48,405 nt of DNA from a virus. The stretch spans positions 1 to 48,405 of the IMG/VR virus record IMGVR_UViG_2932088517_000001. One strand, given 5' to 3'. The position numbers were made by a program, and so were the translations under genes. The notes below the pieces were generated by a model. The model had not been told where the DNA came from and did no database searches. It saw nothing but the letters and a program-made list of their open reading frames with translations. Each line of letters begins with the position of its first letter. Position 1 is the stretch's first letter. Positions 17,729 to 27,999 of the stretch are shown here, one piece after another.

Positions 17729-20284
17729 TTGGCAGATGGTCGCGTTGAGATAGATACCAGATTAGATACAGGTAATATACGAAGTGATGTGCGACGTGTA
17801 AATGATGAATTGGGTCATATTGGAGACGGAGTTGCAGCTGCAGCAAGAGGATTAACTGATGAAGTCGGTGCTCGATACGATAGTTTGGGAAGACGTATCC
17901 GATATACGTATAGGGGAACTTCAGAAGAAGCGAGACGAATGTATAGCGAAATGAGAAGCGCTCACTATCAGCAAGCGATTGCTATGCGTGGGGTAAAAGA
18001 CCAAATGATTGGTGCTCAATATCAATATTTCAAGTTGGCGCAAGCTTCTAAGAATTATACAGGAACAACTAGAGAGTTTATGGCAGAAGTCCAAAGAGTA
18101 GGGAAAGCGCAAAAGGCAGCAGCGGATGCATCTATAAACGCAAATAGGTTAGCTATGATGGGAATGCTTCAGACCATTGGTTATATGAAGAATATGACCA
18201 CCCAGGCGACTCGTATCCGTGAAAATTATGCAAGGATGGCGAACCCTCTATATACAATCAATAGTGCGGGATTACGTGCGGCGGATGGGCTTAATAGGTT
18301 GGCTAATGCAGGTAACGCTTCAGTACTTGCTTTGAAAATGTTAGGTCCAACTGCAAGTATGAAAGACCTAAGAAATATGACCATGATGATTACGCAAGGA
18401 TTAATGAGATTTCAAATGGTAGCATTAGGGGCTGCGGTTACAGCGGGCCTCTTTTATGCGGCGTTATTTAAGGCAGCTAAAGGACCAGATCCTTCTGAAA
18501 TTTATAAACAACAAGAGGAAGCGCTGACTGCTTATAGAGATGCAGTACAGCAAAGAACAACAGAAATTATGAATGCTTGGAGTTTATTTGAAGAAGTTCA
18601 AATGAAGAAGACAAGTGGTAAAAAGCTCATGCAAAACCTAGAGGAACAAGTCGGGATATTGGGTAGGTGGAAAGATAATCTTGCTAGTATAGCGCAAAGA
18701 GCAGGTTCAGAATTCGCCAATTATCTCGCTCAAATGGGACCACAATCAGCTGAAGAAGTAAAAGCCATATCCAAAATGACCGAACCTGAGTTACAAAAGT
18801 ATGTTGGACTATGGAAAGAGAAAATGAGTTTAGCGAGATCTCAAGCAACTACGGAATTACAAGGGTTAAAAGAAGAAACTGATAGGAAAATAAAAGAACT
18901 TCAAGATTCTTTAACCCCACTTGGGTTAGCGTGGGAGAGAATGAAGGGAGCCTTTGTTACAGCGATTCAACCTATGGTCGATGCTTTTGGAATGCTCATG
19001 ACTCCTATAGTGAATTTTGCAGCGAAAATGTTTGAACTTATAACGTTATTTAATCAGGCGCATCCTACATTAGCTCTTATAATACAATCGATCATTATGT
19101 TAGTTCCTGCGTTAACTTTACTGTTATCACCTCTAGCTATCGGTATTGGTTTATGGAATGGCATGTTGGCAGCTTGGAATGCTATTTGGATGTTAATTGG
19201 GCCACTTATTACCGGATTAGCTGCTATGAGTGCCACTGTATGGGTAGTGGCAGCTGCAATTGTAGGACTAGTTGCTGGATTCATATATTTATGGAATACA
19301 AGTGATGGATTCAGGAATGCTATTATTGCAACTTGGGAGATTATAAAGACCGCTACAGCAGCGGCATGGAATTACATTTTAAACGAGGTATTAATACCTA
19401 TTTGGAATGCAATCGTTAGTTTTGGTCAACAACTATTCGGTCAGTTAAAAGAATTTTGGCAGCAAAACGGCGATAATATCATGCAGATCGCGGAAGCAGT
19501 TTGGAGTTTTGTAAAAGCTAATGTTATAAATCATGTTACGACAATGGTAGCTGCTGTCAAAACCGTATTCTTTGTGTTGCAAAGTGTTGTTCAATCGGTT
19601 TGGGGCGCTATAAAACAAATCATATCTGGGGCGCTAGATGTTATTTTAGGCGTTATTGGCGTCTTCGTAAATGTTTTAACTGGAGACTGGGAAGGCGCTT
19701 GGGAAAGTGTTAAGCAAATTTCAAGTGGTGCTTGGGAAATGATGAAAGGGACAATGAGACTCGGTGCTGATGCTGTTCTCGGGATTATAAAAGGTTTAGG
19801 AAAAGCTTTTGGTGGTGTATTCGAAGATATAGCAAATTCTTTCTATAATGCAGGAAAAGGCTTTATGGAGATGTTGATGAAAGGTTTAGAAAGTATGAAA
19901 AATAAAGTTACTAGCACGATTTCTGATATCGCAGGATCGATTCGCGACTTCCTACCATTCTCTCCTGCGAAAACAGGACCTTTAAGTGACTTAGACCACT
20001 TAGATTTTGGTGGTCCGATCTCTGACAGCATTAAATTAGCATTCCCTCAAGTTAGTGGGCTAATGAGTCAATTACTAGACCTTCCTGATATTACAGCGAA
20101 TGCGCCAGCTCAAGGATTGCAAAATAGGGCTGTTAACACTACAAATAACAATACACCTATATCTGTTACGTTAAATTACAACGGAAACGGTAATGAAAAC
20201 GACATGATGCATATGGTTGATATGATTGAGGGCGAGTTGAGTAGAAGACTTGCAACAAAACAATTCATGTTAGGAGGGAGATAA
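17729..20284 (+). CDS. tape measure protein
   Basis: 851 aa, Ala/Gly-rich hydrophobic central segments, position. Confidence 0.85.
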   Translation: MADGRVEIDTRLDTGNIRSDVRRVNDELGHIGDGVAAAARGLTDEVGARYDSLGRRIRYTYRGTSEEARRMYSEMRSAHYQQAIAMRGVKDQMIGAQYQYFKLAQASKNYTGTTREFMAEVQRVGKAQKAAADASINANRLAMMGMLQTIGYMKNMTTQATRIRENYARMANPLYTINSAGLRAADGLNRLANAGNASVLALKMLGPTASMKDLRNMTMMITQGLMRFQMVALGAAVTAGLFYAALFKAAKGPDPSEIYKQQEEALTAYRDAVQQRTTEIMNAWSLFEEVQMKKTSGKKLMQNLEEQVGILGRWKDNLASIAQRAGSEFANYLAQMGPQSAEEVKAISKMTEPELQKYVGLWKEKMSLARSQATTELQGLKEETDRKIKELQDSLTPLGLAWERMKGAFVTAIQPMVDAFGMLMTPIVNFAAKMFELITLFNQAHPTLALIIQSIIMLVPALTLLLSPLAIGIGLWNGMLAAWNAIWMLIGPLITGLAAMSATVWVVAAAIVGLVAGFIYLWNTSDGFRNAIIATWEIIKTATAAAWNYILNEVLIPIWNAIVSFGQQLFGQLKEFWQQNGDNIMQIAEAVWSFVKANVINHVTTMVAAVKTVFFVLQSVVQSVWGAIKQIISGALDVILGVIGVFVNVLTGDWEGAWESVKQISSGAWEMMKGTMRLGADAVLGIIKGLGKAFGGVFEDIANSFYNAGKGFMEMLMKGLESMKNKVTSTISDIAGSIRDFLPFSPAKTGPLSDLDHLDFGGPISDSIKLAFPQVSGLMSQLLDLPDITANAPAQGLQNRAVNTTNNNTPISVTLNYNGNGNENDMMHMVDMIEGELSRRLATKQFMLGGR

Positions 20285-21096
20285 TGGGATTAATTATACA
20301 AAGATTAAACGGACAACCAATCGACATATCAAATTACAATTTAAGATTAGTAGAATTTGACCCAGATTCTCCTGAATATAAAACGAGTTACGAAGACGTA
20401 GAGGGTGCTGATGGAGCGATTGACCTTGGCACTACTATTGGGATAAGAAAGTTAAAGGCTGTATGTAAAGTAAGCGCAAGAGATATGTACGATATTGCAT
20501 TACTTAGAAATGAAATATTCCAATTGTTTCATAGTAAAGAAGCGTTCTATCTAATTGATAAACGCGAAATGGGAAAACGGTGGTTGGTGAAAGTGGATCC
20601 CTACACCATAAGTACACTCCGTTATGTCAGGTCAGAAGTAACCCTGCAATTTATAGCTGCTTTCCCGTTTGCCGAATCAATTGGTACAACGTTAGATGAT
20701 TTCACCTTTGATTCTGGATTATGGCAAATAGGACAAGGATTAATCGCAGAAGATTTAAGTTATATCCATAGCGTTTCATCATTTCGTATTTATAATGCTG
20801 GCAATGTACCAATCAACCCACGAAGAATGCCTTTATTAATTACATTTAAAGGAGCTTCAACAAATTTAAAAATACGAAATAAAACAACTGGCGATGAATG
20901 GTCTTATACTGGTACGACTACTGCAAATGATATTATTCGCTTAGATCGAGTCAGAAGCACCAAAAATAGCTTATCTATTTTCCGTGACACAAATCGAAAG
21001 TTAATATCTATAGAGTCGGGTTGGAATGACTTTGAAATCACAGGGGCTACAAGCCCTTTTTCTATTTCATTCGATTTCCGGTTCTATTATTTGTAA
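20284..21096 (+). CDS. distal tail protein (Dit)
   Basis: 270 aa directly after the tape measure, ATAATG coupling. Confidence 0.7.
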   Translation: MGLIIQRLNGQPIDISNYNLRLVEFDPDSPEYKTSYEDVEGADGAIDLGTTIGIRKLKAVCKVSARDMYDIALLRNEIFQLFHSKEAFYLIDKREMGKRWLVKVDPYTISTLRYVRSEVTLQFIAAFPFAESIGTTLDDFTFDSGLWQIGQGLIAEDLSYIHSVSSFRIYNAGNVPINPRRMPLLITFKGASTNLKIRNKTTGDEWSYTGTTTANDIIRLDRVRSTKNSLSIFRDTNRKLISIESGWNDFEITGATSPFSISFDFRFYYL

Positions 21097-21110
21097 TGTG
21101 AGGTGAGAAT

Positions 21111-23126
21111 TTGGAACTTATTTCAGTAACTGATTTAGCAGGTAACACAGAACCTTTAGTGGGGTTTAAAGGATTAAGGCGGCGCAGAGCGATAAATGGC
21201 GAGAAAATATTAAGCTTCTCACTTTATCCAAGTGAAGATAATAAATTTTCATTCGATTTCGTAAAAGAAGAAAGTCGGATTGAGTTTGATGGTGAGACTT
21301 ACATTGTAAAGTCCCTTCAAGAAATAAATGTTGGAAAGACTTATTTTAAACAAGTGGAGTGCATACATGAGTTCTTTGTGAGAATGAATCAGAAACAGAA
21401 AGACACTTCTCACACAGGGAGTATGACTATTCAAGATGCGACTAATTTTATATTTGAAGGAACTGGATATCAACCAGTTATTATTGACCCGTTTTACGCA
21501 GAACGCTTCGAAAACTTCGGTAAAGAGAATCGATTAGCTTTACTGAATAAGGCGTTAGGACGTTATAAAGCAGAAATCACTATCATTAGTAATCAAGTTA
21601 GGTTTAGAAAGAAAATCGGAGAAGATACAGATTTTCAGTTTCGATATAATTTCAATGTAAAAACGTTTGAAAAAGATGTTGATACAAAACCACTTAGAAC
21701 GTATATAAAAGGTTACGGTAAGGATGGTTTAGTCAGAGAGTATACTAGTCCGAACAAAGATATATTCGGTTATAGTGAAGCTCCTATATTAGAAGATGAA
21801 CGTTTTACTACTATTGAGGGGTTAGACGCCGCTTTAAAAGAGTCATTGCAAGACACTCCGGTAGTGAGTATTACAATTGATTTCGTCGATTTACGAAAGG
21901 CTGGGTATCCTTACATTATTCCAAATGAAGGAGACCGAGTCTTTCTTATTTATGAGCCGATGAATGTGGATATAGAAGCAAGAATTATTGAAATTGAAGA
22001 AGAATATGATGAAAACCTAGACCCTATTAGAACAAAAGTTACATTGTCCAATAAAAAGGATGATTTCGCTGGAACTCTATTTGATTACGTTGATAAAGGC
22101 TTTTCCCGAATACTAGATGATGGCGGCAAGGTCAAATACAACGTACTTGATGATGCGGTTAGAATCGCTACTGAAGCGATCAAGAGCGCTCAAACGGAGT
22201 TGACATTCGAGAATGGTATCTTAGCGATCAATCCAGAAAATCCGAATGAGATTGTAATCTTTAATAGCGCTGGTATTGGTATTAGCCGAGACGGTGGCCA
22301 TACCTTCAAAGAAGCGTTAACTTACGAAGGGTTAGTGGCGAGTGTAGGTGTAATTGGGGAGTTAAGCGCCAACCATATCAGAGGTGGCTTGTTAAAATCT
22401 CTAAACAATCGATTCCAAATTGATTTAGAAGCGTCTGGTATTGACTTTTATTCCGAAACAGGAAAATTAGTAACTCAAATCACGCAGGCAAAAACACGCC
22501 AAGCAGATGGTAGTTCAGCCGAAATTACTTACTTTGGCGTATCTGAAGCGGCAGGGGTAGCAACAGGTTTGGCGCTCGGTAAACGTGCATCAGATGGTTC
22601 TTTTGGTAACTCAATTTATGTAGAAAGTCGATACGGCGATGTTTATATGCGCCCACCGACATTGTATATCATACCTTCTGAAAAAATGAGAGTAGAAGCT
22701 CGTGCAGAATTTCACCATCCTGTTAGATTCGACGCTTCACCACTTTCTAAAATCGAAGGAGCAATGAAAGGGGAAGAATGGACGATTGTCCCAGGAGAAG
22801 GTACAAAAGGCGGAGTTGCAATCCGTCCTTGGACTTCAGGAAACGGTTCGTTAGGGACAGCAATTCACAGATGGGATGAAGCTTGGATCGGTTGGATTAA
22901 CGGAAGAGATATCGGATTAGTCTACAAAAAAGTAGACGATACAGCATTTGCAACTGGCGAGGCGCAAAGAACTGCTGACTGGGCTTCTGGTCGTGCGGAA
23001 TTAGCAATTACAAACGCAGCAAACGCAGCAAAACAAGCTGAAGATAATAAATTCGCTATAGGTGAAATTAATCGTCGTTTAGATGATGCGTTTAGACGTA
23101 TAGAAGCTTTAGAAAGAAAACCTTAA
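21111..23126 (+). CDS. tail-associated lysin / baseplate hub (Tal-like minor structural protein)
   Basis: 671 aa after Dit; C-terminal coiled coil. Confidence 0.65.
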   Translation: MELISVTDLAGNTEPLVGFKGLRRRRAINGEKILSFSLYPSEDNKFSFDFVKEESRIEFDGETYIVKSLQEINVGKTYFKQVECIHEFFVRMNQKQKDTSHTGSMTIQDATNFIFEGTGYQPVIIDPFYAERFENFGKENRLALLNKALGRYKAEITIISNQVRFRKKIGEDTDFQFRYNFNVKTFEKDVDTKPLRTYIKGYGKDGLVREYTSPNKDIFGYSEAPILEDERFTTIEGLDAALKESLQDTPVVSITIDFVDLRKAGYPYIIPNEGDRVFLIYEPMNVDIEARIIEIEEEYDENLDPIRTKVTLSNKKDDFAGTLFDYVDKGFSRILDDGGKVKYNVLDDAVRIATEAIKSAQTELTFENGILAINPENPNEIVIFNSAGIGISRDGGHTFKEALTYEGLVASVGVIGELSANHIRGGLLKSLNNRFQIDLEASGIDFYSETGKLVTQITQAKTRQADGSSAEITYFGVSEAAGVATGLALGKRASDGSFGNSIYVESRYGDVYMRPPTLYIIPSEKMRVEARAEFHHPVRFDASPLSKIEGAMKGEEWTIVPGEGTKGGVAIRPWTSGNGSLGTAIHRWDEAWIGWINGRDIGLVYKKVDDTAFATGEAQRTADWASGRAELAITNAANAAKQAEDNKFAIGEINRRLDDAFRRIEALERKP

Positions 23127-23132
23127 AAACTA

Positions 23133-23161
23133 GACGAGTTTAATATACTGGTCTTTTTTTA
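23133..23161 (+). terminator. Intrinsic terminator
   Basis: gacgagt ... actggtc followed by ttttttt. Confidence 0.55.
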
Positions 23162-23190
23162 TTACAAACTACATTTAGGAGGAATTCAAT

Positions 23191-23511
23191 ATGACACAAC
23201 CAGTTCAAATTTATTTAGGAGTACCACAAAAAAACGTATTAACAGTTTATGAAACACAACAAGGTAAACAAGTAACAATCAAGCAAATTGTCTTCTCTAG
23301 CGCAGAGACAACGGATTCTAAGATTACGGTAACAGTTAACACGGTGGATATTATGAAAGATTTTGTAGTAAAGGCAGGAGAAACAAAAATTATTGATCTT
23401 ACAATCGTCCTGAATCAAGGAGATAGATTGCATTTACAACAAGAAAAATTAAATGCCATTAACGTAATGATTACTGGGGTCTTAGATCCTTTAGCTCCGG
23501 TATATCAATAA
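23191..23511 (+). CDS. hypothetical tail-associated protein (106 aa)
   Basis: AGGAGG RBS; lies between the Tal and fibre genes. Confidence 0.6.
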   Translation: MTQPVQIYLGVPQKNVLTVYETQQGKQVTIKQIVFSSAETTDSKITVTVNTVDIMKDFVVKAGETKIIDLTIVLNQGDRLHLQQEKLNAINVMITGVLDPLAPVYQ

Positions 23512-23517
23512 TAACTA

Positions 23518-23556
23518 AGAAGAGTACACAATGTGTGCTCTTCTCTTCTTTTATTT
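23518..23556 (+). terminator. Intrinsic terminator
   Basis: About 11-bp stem (aagaagagtaca / tgtgctcttct) followed by a T-rich tract. Confidence 0.6.
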
Positions 23557-23648
23557 TATTAGACATCAAGGGTGAGAATCGATTTGGTCATTGATTCAAA
23601 CCAATTGGTTAAAAAAACTAAACGCACCATAAACTAAGGAGGTTAATC

Positions 23649-25733
23649 ATGACAATAAAAGAACTAGGACCTAATTTAGACAAAGACTGGCGCAATGACC
23701 TCAATAATAATTTTAGAGAGTTATCTGGGATTCAAGGGTCTGTTAATGACGCTGTAAATAAAGCGAATACAGCAGATCAAAAAGCGCAAGAAGCGAAGTT
23801 TACGGCCGACTTAAATCACATTAATACTATTGATAGTCAACAAAAAATTAAGGGAAGTGTCCTGTTTGATACTCCGCAAGTAAATATATTCAATTCTAAT
23901 ACAGTGACGATGGGGTATTTTTTAATTAATGGTAATCCAACTGTTAGTCCAGGGAACTGTTATAGTGATTATATTTCTGTTACACCTAATAACACGATGT
24001 GGTTCACTAGACTATTAACTTCTGATGCTGGTTCATTATATGATATTAACAAAAAAATAATTTCTAAATTCATAGGGAACGGAACGAATTTGTATACGAT
24101 ACCGGCTAATGTATATTACATCAGAATTAACATTTCTTTATCAGTATCTCCATTGAATTCATTTATGGTAGTTAAAGATTCGGCAGCTCCTTCAAGATAT
24201 TACGATTATCGCGTAGGGAAAATTAGTGGTTTGAAAATTAATAGTGATCATATAGATGGTGGCATATTACCTGAACAATTGGCTGAATCCGATATATTGA
24301 ATCTTTTTGACGTAACTACTTCTTTATCAGGAAAAGGAGTAGACAACTCAGGGAATATAGTCGATTCCGCTGGTTTATATTTGAATAGATATGTCAAAGT
24401 AACTCCTGGTGAAACAATCGGTTGTACGCATAATTTCTCTACTCCTGGATGTTATTACACAAATGAATACAACTTCCTAAAAAAAATTGATTTCACTGAG
24501 ACAGGTGCTGGTAGCGGATGGTTTACATCAACTGTACCAGACGGGGCATCGTTTGTAAGGGTTAATGTGACAACTAGTGCTCTAAGTTCGTACATGTTGA
24601 AAAAATCAATAATCAAGCCCGAATCGTACTCTCCTTATAGAGTTAATCCGAAGTGGCTTCAATCAAGTGCTGATACACTAAAAGGATCTATTAATCCAGA
24701 GCAGCTTGCTGATGTTGAAGTGTTAAATTTATATGATATAGAAACGTCATATAAAAGTAAATATAGATCTAATGCAGGCGTTGTTGCCGATAGCACAATA
24801 ATAGACCTATCTCGTTTTATTATTGTAAGTCCTGGCGAAATTTTAGGTTGTAATTTCAACTATACGCAACCTGGAGCGTATTTAGATTCCGAACAAAGAT
24901 GGATTAAAAAAATCGATTTTACTGAGACCAGCACAGGTAGTGGATGGTACACATCAACTGTCCCTAATAACGCACGATTTGTTCAAGTGAACGCTGTGAA
25001 AAATGATTTGCCGACGTATATGCTGAAAAAGTCAGCTGAAAAACCAAAAGGTTATTCGCCATATAGTACAAAGATACCTTGGGCAGTTCTTTCTACCAGC
25101 AAGCTATTTGGAAAATTGATTGCTACATTTGGCGATAGTATTACATGGTTAGATGGGAAGGTCATTGCAGAAGCTGGTAGCGAACCGGTTAAAGGCTATC
25201 AATATTATATGAGAAAGGCTGGAGCTATCGTTGATAATTTCGGGCACAGTGGCGCCACTATCGCTCGTTCTGGCATTGGCGGTGTAGGATGTATTCTTGA
25301 TGATATTAAAGCTCAAGATGTTACGAAGTATGAAATTATTACAATCGCCGGAGGAACAAATGATGTTGGACAAAACGTTAACTTTGGAGTTGTTGGAGTA
25401 GAAGAAGATACAACATTCGATGAAACTACAACATTCGGAGCATTACGTGCAGCTATTGAATATATTCGTTCGAAAAATCCAAAATGCAGAATTTACATTA
25501 GTACTCCAATTAGATCAGGTAGAGCGACAAGACCATCAGCTAAAATGCAAGAAGTATCCGAAGGTTTACGCAACATTGCAAAAATGTATTCTTGTCCACT
25601 TGTTGATATGCATGCTGAAAGTGGCATAGGAAAAGGGACATATTCAACACATTTATACGATGATTTACATCCAAATAACGATGGATTCCGTGCAATGGGA
25701 GATTACATTGTAGGGCAATTAACGGCTAAGTAA
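23649..25733 (+). CDS. tail fibre / receptor-binding protein with three tandem domains of about 140 aa and a C-terminal SGNH/GDSL esterase
   Basis: Repeats ...KKIDFTETGAGSGWFTSTVP... / ...KKIDFTETSTGSGWYTSTVP...; esterase blocks FGDSITW, GGTNDV, DDLHPN. Confidence 0.75.
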   Translation: MTIKELGPNLDKDWRNDLNNNFRELSGIQGSVNDAVNKANTADQKAQEAKFTADLNHINTIDSQQKIKGSVLFDTPQVNIFNSNTVTMGYFLINGNPTVSPGNCYSDYISVTPNNTMWFTRLLTSDAGSLYDINKKIISKFIGNGTNLYTIPANVYYIRINISLSVSPLNSFMVVKDSAAPSRYYDYRVGKISGLKINSDHIDGGILPEQLAESDILNLFDVTTSLSGKGVDNSGNIVDSAGLYLNRYVKVTPGETIGCTHNFSTPGCYYTNEYNFLKKIDFTETGAGSGWFTSTVPDGASFVRVNVTTSALSSYMLKKSIIKPESYSPYRVNPKWLQSSADTLKGSINPEQLADVEVLNLYDIETSYKSKYRSNAGVVADSTIIDLSRFIIVSPGEILGCNFNYTQPGAYLDSEQRWIKKIDFTETSTGSGWYTSTVPNNARFVQVNAVKNDLPTYMLKKSAEKPKGYSPYSTKIPWAVLSTSKLFGKLIATFGDSITWLDGKVIAEAGSEPVKGYQYYMRKAGAIVDNFGHSGATIARSGIGGVGCILDDIKAQDVTKYEIITIAGGTNDVGQNVNFGVVGVEEDTTFDETTTFGALRAAIEYIRSKNPKCRIYISTPIRSGRATRPSAKMQEVSEGLRNIAKMYSCPLVDMHAESGIGKGTYSTHLYDDLHPNNDGFRAMGDYIVGQLTAK

Positions 25734-25813
25734 GAGGTGGTATATTGTTAAAAATCTACAACAAACAAATGTAATTAATAATTATAAGTAGTTAAAGGAG
25801 AAATTGTGATTCA

Positions 25814-25842
25814 AAGCGTGCAAAAGCAGGCTTTTTTATTTT
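25814..25842 (+). terminator. Intrinsic terminator
   Basis: aagcgtgc-aaaa-gcaggctt followed by ttttatttt. Confidence 0.5.
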
Positions 25843-25861
25843 GAAAAAAGGAGTTGAACCA

Positions 25862-26095
25862 ATGCATGAAATTCAAGATTTAAAACAAGAGATCCTCCAA
25901 ATTAAATCAGATCAAAAAGATATGCAGCGTGATATCCGAAACTTAGAAACACGTACTACTGTCAACGAAAAGGACATTGTAAATATAAATAAGCTTCTTG
26001 ATAAAATCAGCGCCAATACTACATGGATTCTACGTATTATTATTGGAGCAATAGTAGCTGGTTTATTAGGATTACTAATGAAAGGTGGCATGTAA
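25862..26095 (+). CDS. xhlA: XhlA-like lysis-associated membrane protein
   Basis: Coiled-coil N-terminus plus C-terminal TM WILRIIIGAIVAGLLGLL; precedes the holin. Confidence 0.65.
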   Translation: MHEIQDLKQEILQIKSDQKDMQRDIRNLETRTTVNEKDIVNINKLLDKISANTTWILRIIIGAIVAGLLGLLMKGGM

Positions 26096-26096
26096 T

Positions 26097-26318
26097 ATGT
26101 CAAAGGATAATATCAAAAAACGATTCCGCAACTGGAAAACATGGGTTGCGGTTTTTTCTTTGCTTGGATTTTTATTTACTAAATTTGGTGTGCCAGAAGC
26201 TAAGAGTTTCTTAGATGAATTAGCGCCTTATTTACTGACTTTAGGCATTACATTAGGAATTTGGTCGGACCATGAGACAAGCTCTGAATATGATAATAAA
26301 AAAGGAGATGTAGAGTAA
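26097..26318 (+). CDS. holin
   Basis: 73 aa with TM segments, immediately upstream of the endolysin, coupled stops and starts. Confidence 0.7.
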   Translation: MSKDNIKKRFRNWKTWVAVFSLLGFLFTKFGVPEAKSFLDELAPYLLTLGITLGIWSDHETSSEYDNKKGDVE

Positions 26319-27061
26319 TGGAAATCAGAAAAAACTTAGTTGCTTCAAGTAAATATGGTACAAAGTGTCCTTACACAATGAATCCAGAATTCATTACAGT
26401 CCACAATACTTACAATGATGCTACAGCAGAAAATGAAGTGGCTTATATGATTCGTAATGATAATCAAGTCTCGTTTCATATTGCAGTAGATGATAAAGAA
26501 GCTGTACAAGGAATTCCTTTAGAGCGTAACGCTTGGCATTGCGGTGATGGTGGTGGTAACGGAAATCGTAAATCTATCGGAGTTGAAATCTGCTACTCTT
26601 TAAGCGGTGGAAATCGATACTATAAAGCGGAAGATAATGCAGCTATCGTTGTAGCTCAACTAATGAAACAGTACAATATTCCAATTAGTAAAGTTCGTAC
26701 ACACCAATCGTGGAGTGGAAAGTACTGTCCGCATCGTATGTTAGCGGAAGGACGTTGGAACAGCTTTATTGAGAAAGTACAAAGCGCTTGTAAAGGCAAA
26801 GGTGTGAATAATGCTCAATCTAACGTACAAGCCAACGAGCCTTCATTCGCTCCTACAGAATGGAGAAAAGGACGCATCCGTTGTAATGTTAACGTGAACC
26901 TTCGCAGTCGTCCTGTTATCGCTGATAATGTGATTCAAGTATTACCAGCTGGTTCAGAGCATACATTTTATGCAATCGTTCCTGAGAAGAACAGTCCTCA
27001 CTGGTGGTACGACATTGGTGGCGGTAAGTTCGTAAGGGAAGATAACGTTAAAGAAGTTTAA
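26318..27061 (+). CDS. endolysin, N-acetylmuramoyl-L-alanine amidase (PGRP/Amidase_2) with a C-terminal wall-binding domain
   Basis: KYGTKCPYTM...ITVHNTYNDA...ERNAWHCGDG...RTHQSWSGKYCPHRML closely recalls PlyG/PlyL-type B. anthracis/cereus lysins. Confidence 0.9.
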   Translation: MEIRKNLVASSKYGTKCPYTMNPEFITVHNTYNDATAENEVAYMIRNDNQVSFHIAVDDKEAVQGIPLERNAWHCGDGGGNGNRKSIGVEICYSLSGGNRYYKAEDNAAIVVAQLMKQYNIPISKVRTHQSWSGKYCPHRMLAEGRWNSFIEKVQSACKGKGVNNAQSNVQANEPSFAPTEWRKGRIRCNVNVNLRSRPVIADNVIQVLPAGSEHTFYAIVPEKNSPHWWYDIGGGKFVREDNVKEV

Positions 27062-27108
27062 TGTTTAAAGGCGTTTTTTTATAAAAGAATAGTTTGGTAA
27101 ACAATAAG

Positions 27109-27133
27109 AGCCGTCCTGTTGGGCGGCTTTTTC
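27109..27133. terminator. Bidirectional intrinsic terminator between convergent genes
   Basis: agccgtcc-tgtt-gggcggct followed by ttttt; A-rich upstream. Confidence 0.65.
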
Positions 27134-27136
27134 TAC

Positions 27137-27379
27137 TTACATCCAAAAATCATCATAATGGACATCTTTATTCGTTAACTTCTTTAATGTCTTTACAATT
27201 TTTTGTGCATTCTTCATAGTTGGTGAAAATTTATCTCCTTGGCATACACGACTAATAGTAGATTTACTTACCCCACTATTTTCTGCTAATTCTTGTTGAG
27301 TAATTTTGTTTTTCTCCAGAAAATTGGAGAGCTTCGATTTTCTCCCTTTGCCAGATATAAGCCATCCCATCTTAATCAC
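27137..27379 (-). CDS. XRE-family HTH protein (80 aa)
   Basis: ITQQELAENSGVSKSTISRV helix-turn-helix; AGGAG RBS. Confidence 0.7.
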   Translation of the reverse strand: MIKMGWLISGKGRKSKLSNFLEKNKITQQELAENSGVSKSTISRVCQGDKFSPTMKNAQKIVKTLKKLTNKDVHYDDFWM

Positions 27380-27457
27380 TCCTGTTTTTAAGTTCTTAGT
27401 ACAAGAGTGGGCAAAAGTTTCATTTTTTAAACATCCCGAAAATAGGAATCTTAATTA

Positions 27458-27988
27458 TTATGAAAACCTACGTTTCAGTAAAGATAACTTCTTTCCTGGT
27501 TCTTCAGCATAATACTTCATGTAATCACACATCAAAATATTAATTAGTTTATCCGCTGTGTAACCGTGTAAAGGGAATGAATGAGCCATATCAGAAAAGA
27601 ATACTTCAATCCGCCTCAACGTCCTTCTATCAATTTTCACATCAATCGTTCCGTATCGTTCATCATTTTCATTAAATTCTAATTCATAATCTGTATAGTG
27701 CTTCTTACTTTCTAAAATTTGATACAGCTGCTCCATACTATTCTTAGACCTTATATGTTCCAGAAAGTCCTCCACAAGTATCTCAGCTAGATCACTAGCG
27801 TTACACTCGTAATCTTCCTCTTCCATATCTTCAATAATAATATTCATTCGGAATAAGTAGATTTTGAGCATCTTAACTTCAAAACGGTATTTCTCTTTTA
27901 ATTTTAATTCAATTTTAGTTCGTTCCCACCAGTTCCCAGCACTCATTAGCTGTATTTCTTTTGTCATCACATCGTATTTACTGTACAT
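27458..27988 (-). CDS. hypothetical acidic protein (176 aa)
   Basis: ATG 27988 has GAGAGGTGA upstream and avoids overlap with the preceding gene; the track start 28063 is unlikely. Confidence 0.55.
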   Translation of the reverse strand: MYSKYDVMTKEIQLMSAGNWWERTKIELKLKEKYRFEVKMLKIYLFRMNIIIEDMEEEDYECNASDLAEILVEDFLEHIRSKNSMEQLYQILESKKHYTDYELEFNENDERYGTIDVKIDRRTLRRIEVFFSDMAHSFPLHGYTADKLINILMCDYMKYYAEEPGKKLSLLKRRFS

Positions 27989-27999
27989 GTTGTCACCTC

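Noticed and set aside
23599-23610. Perfect 12-bp palindrome AACCAATTGGTT upstream of the fibre gene
   Set aside because: It is a single short palindrome containing a common restriction-type core, with no second copy or promoter context. There is not enough evidence to call it an operator.
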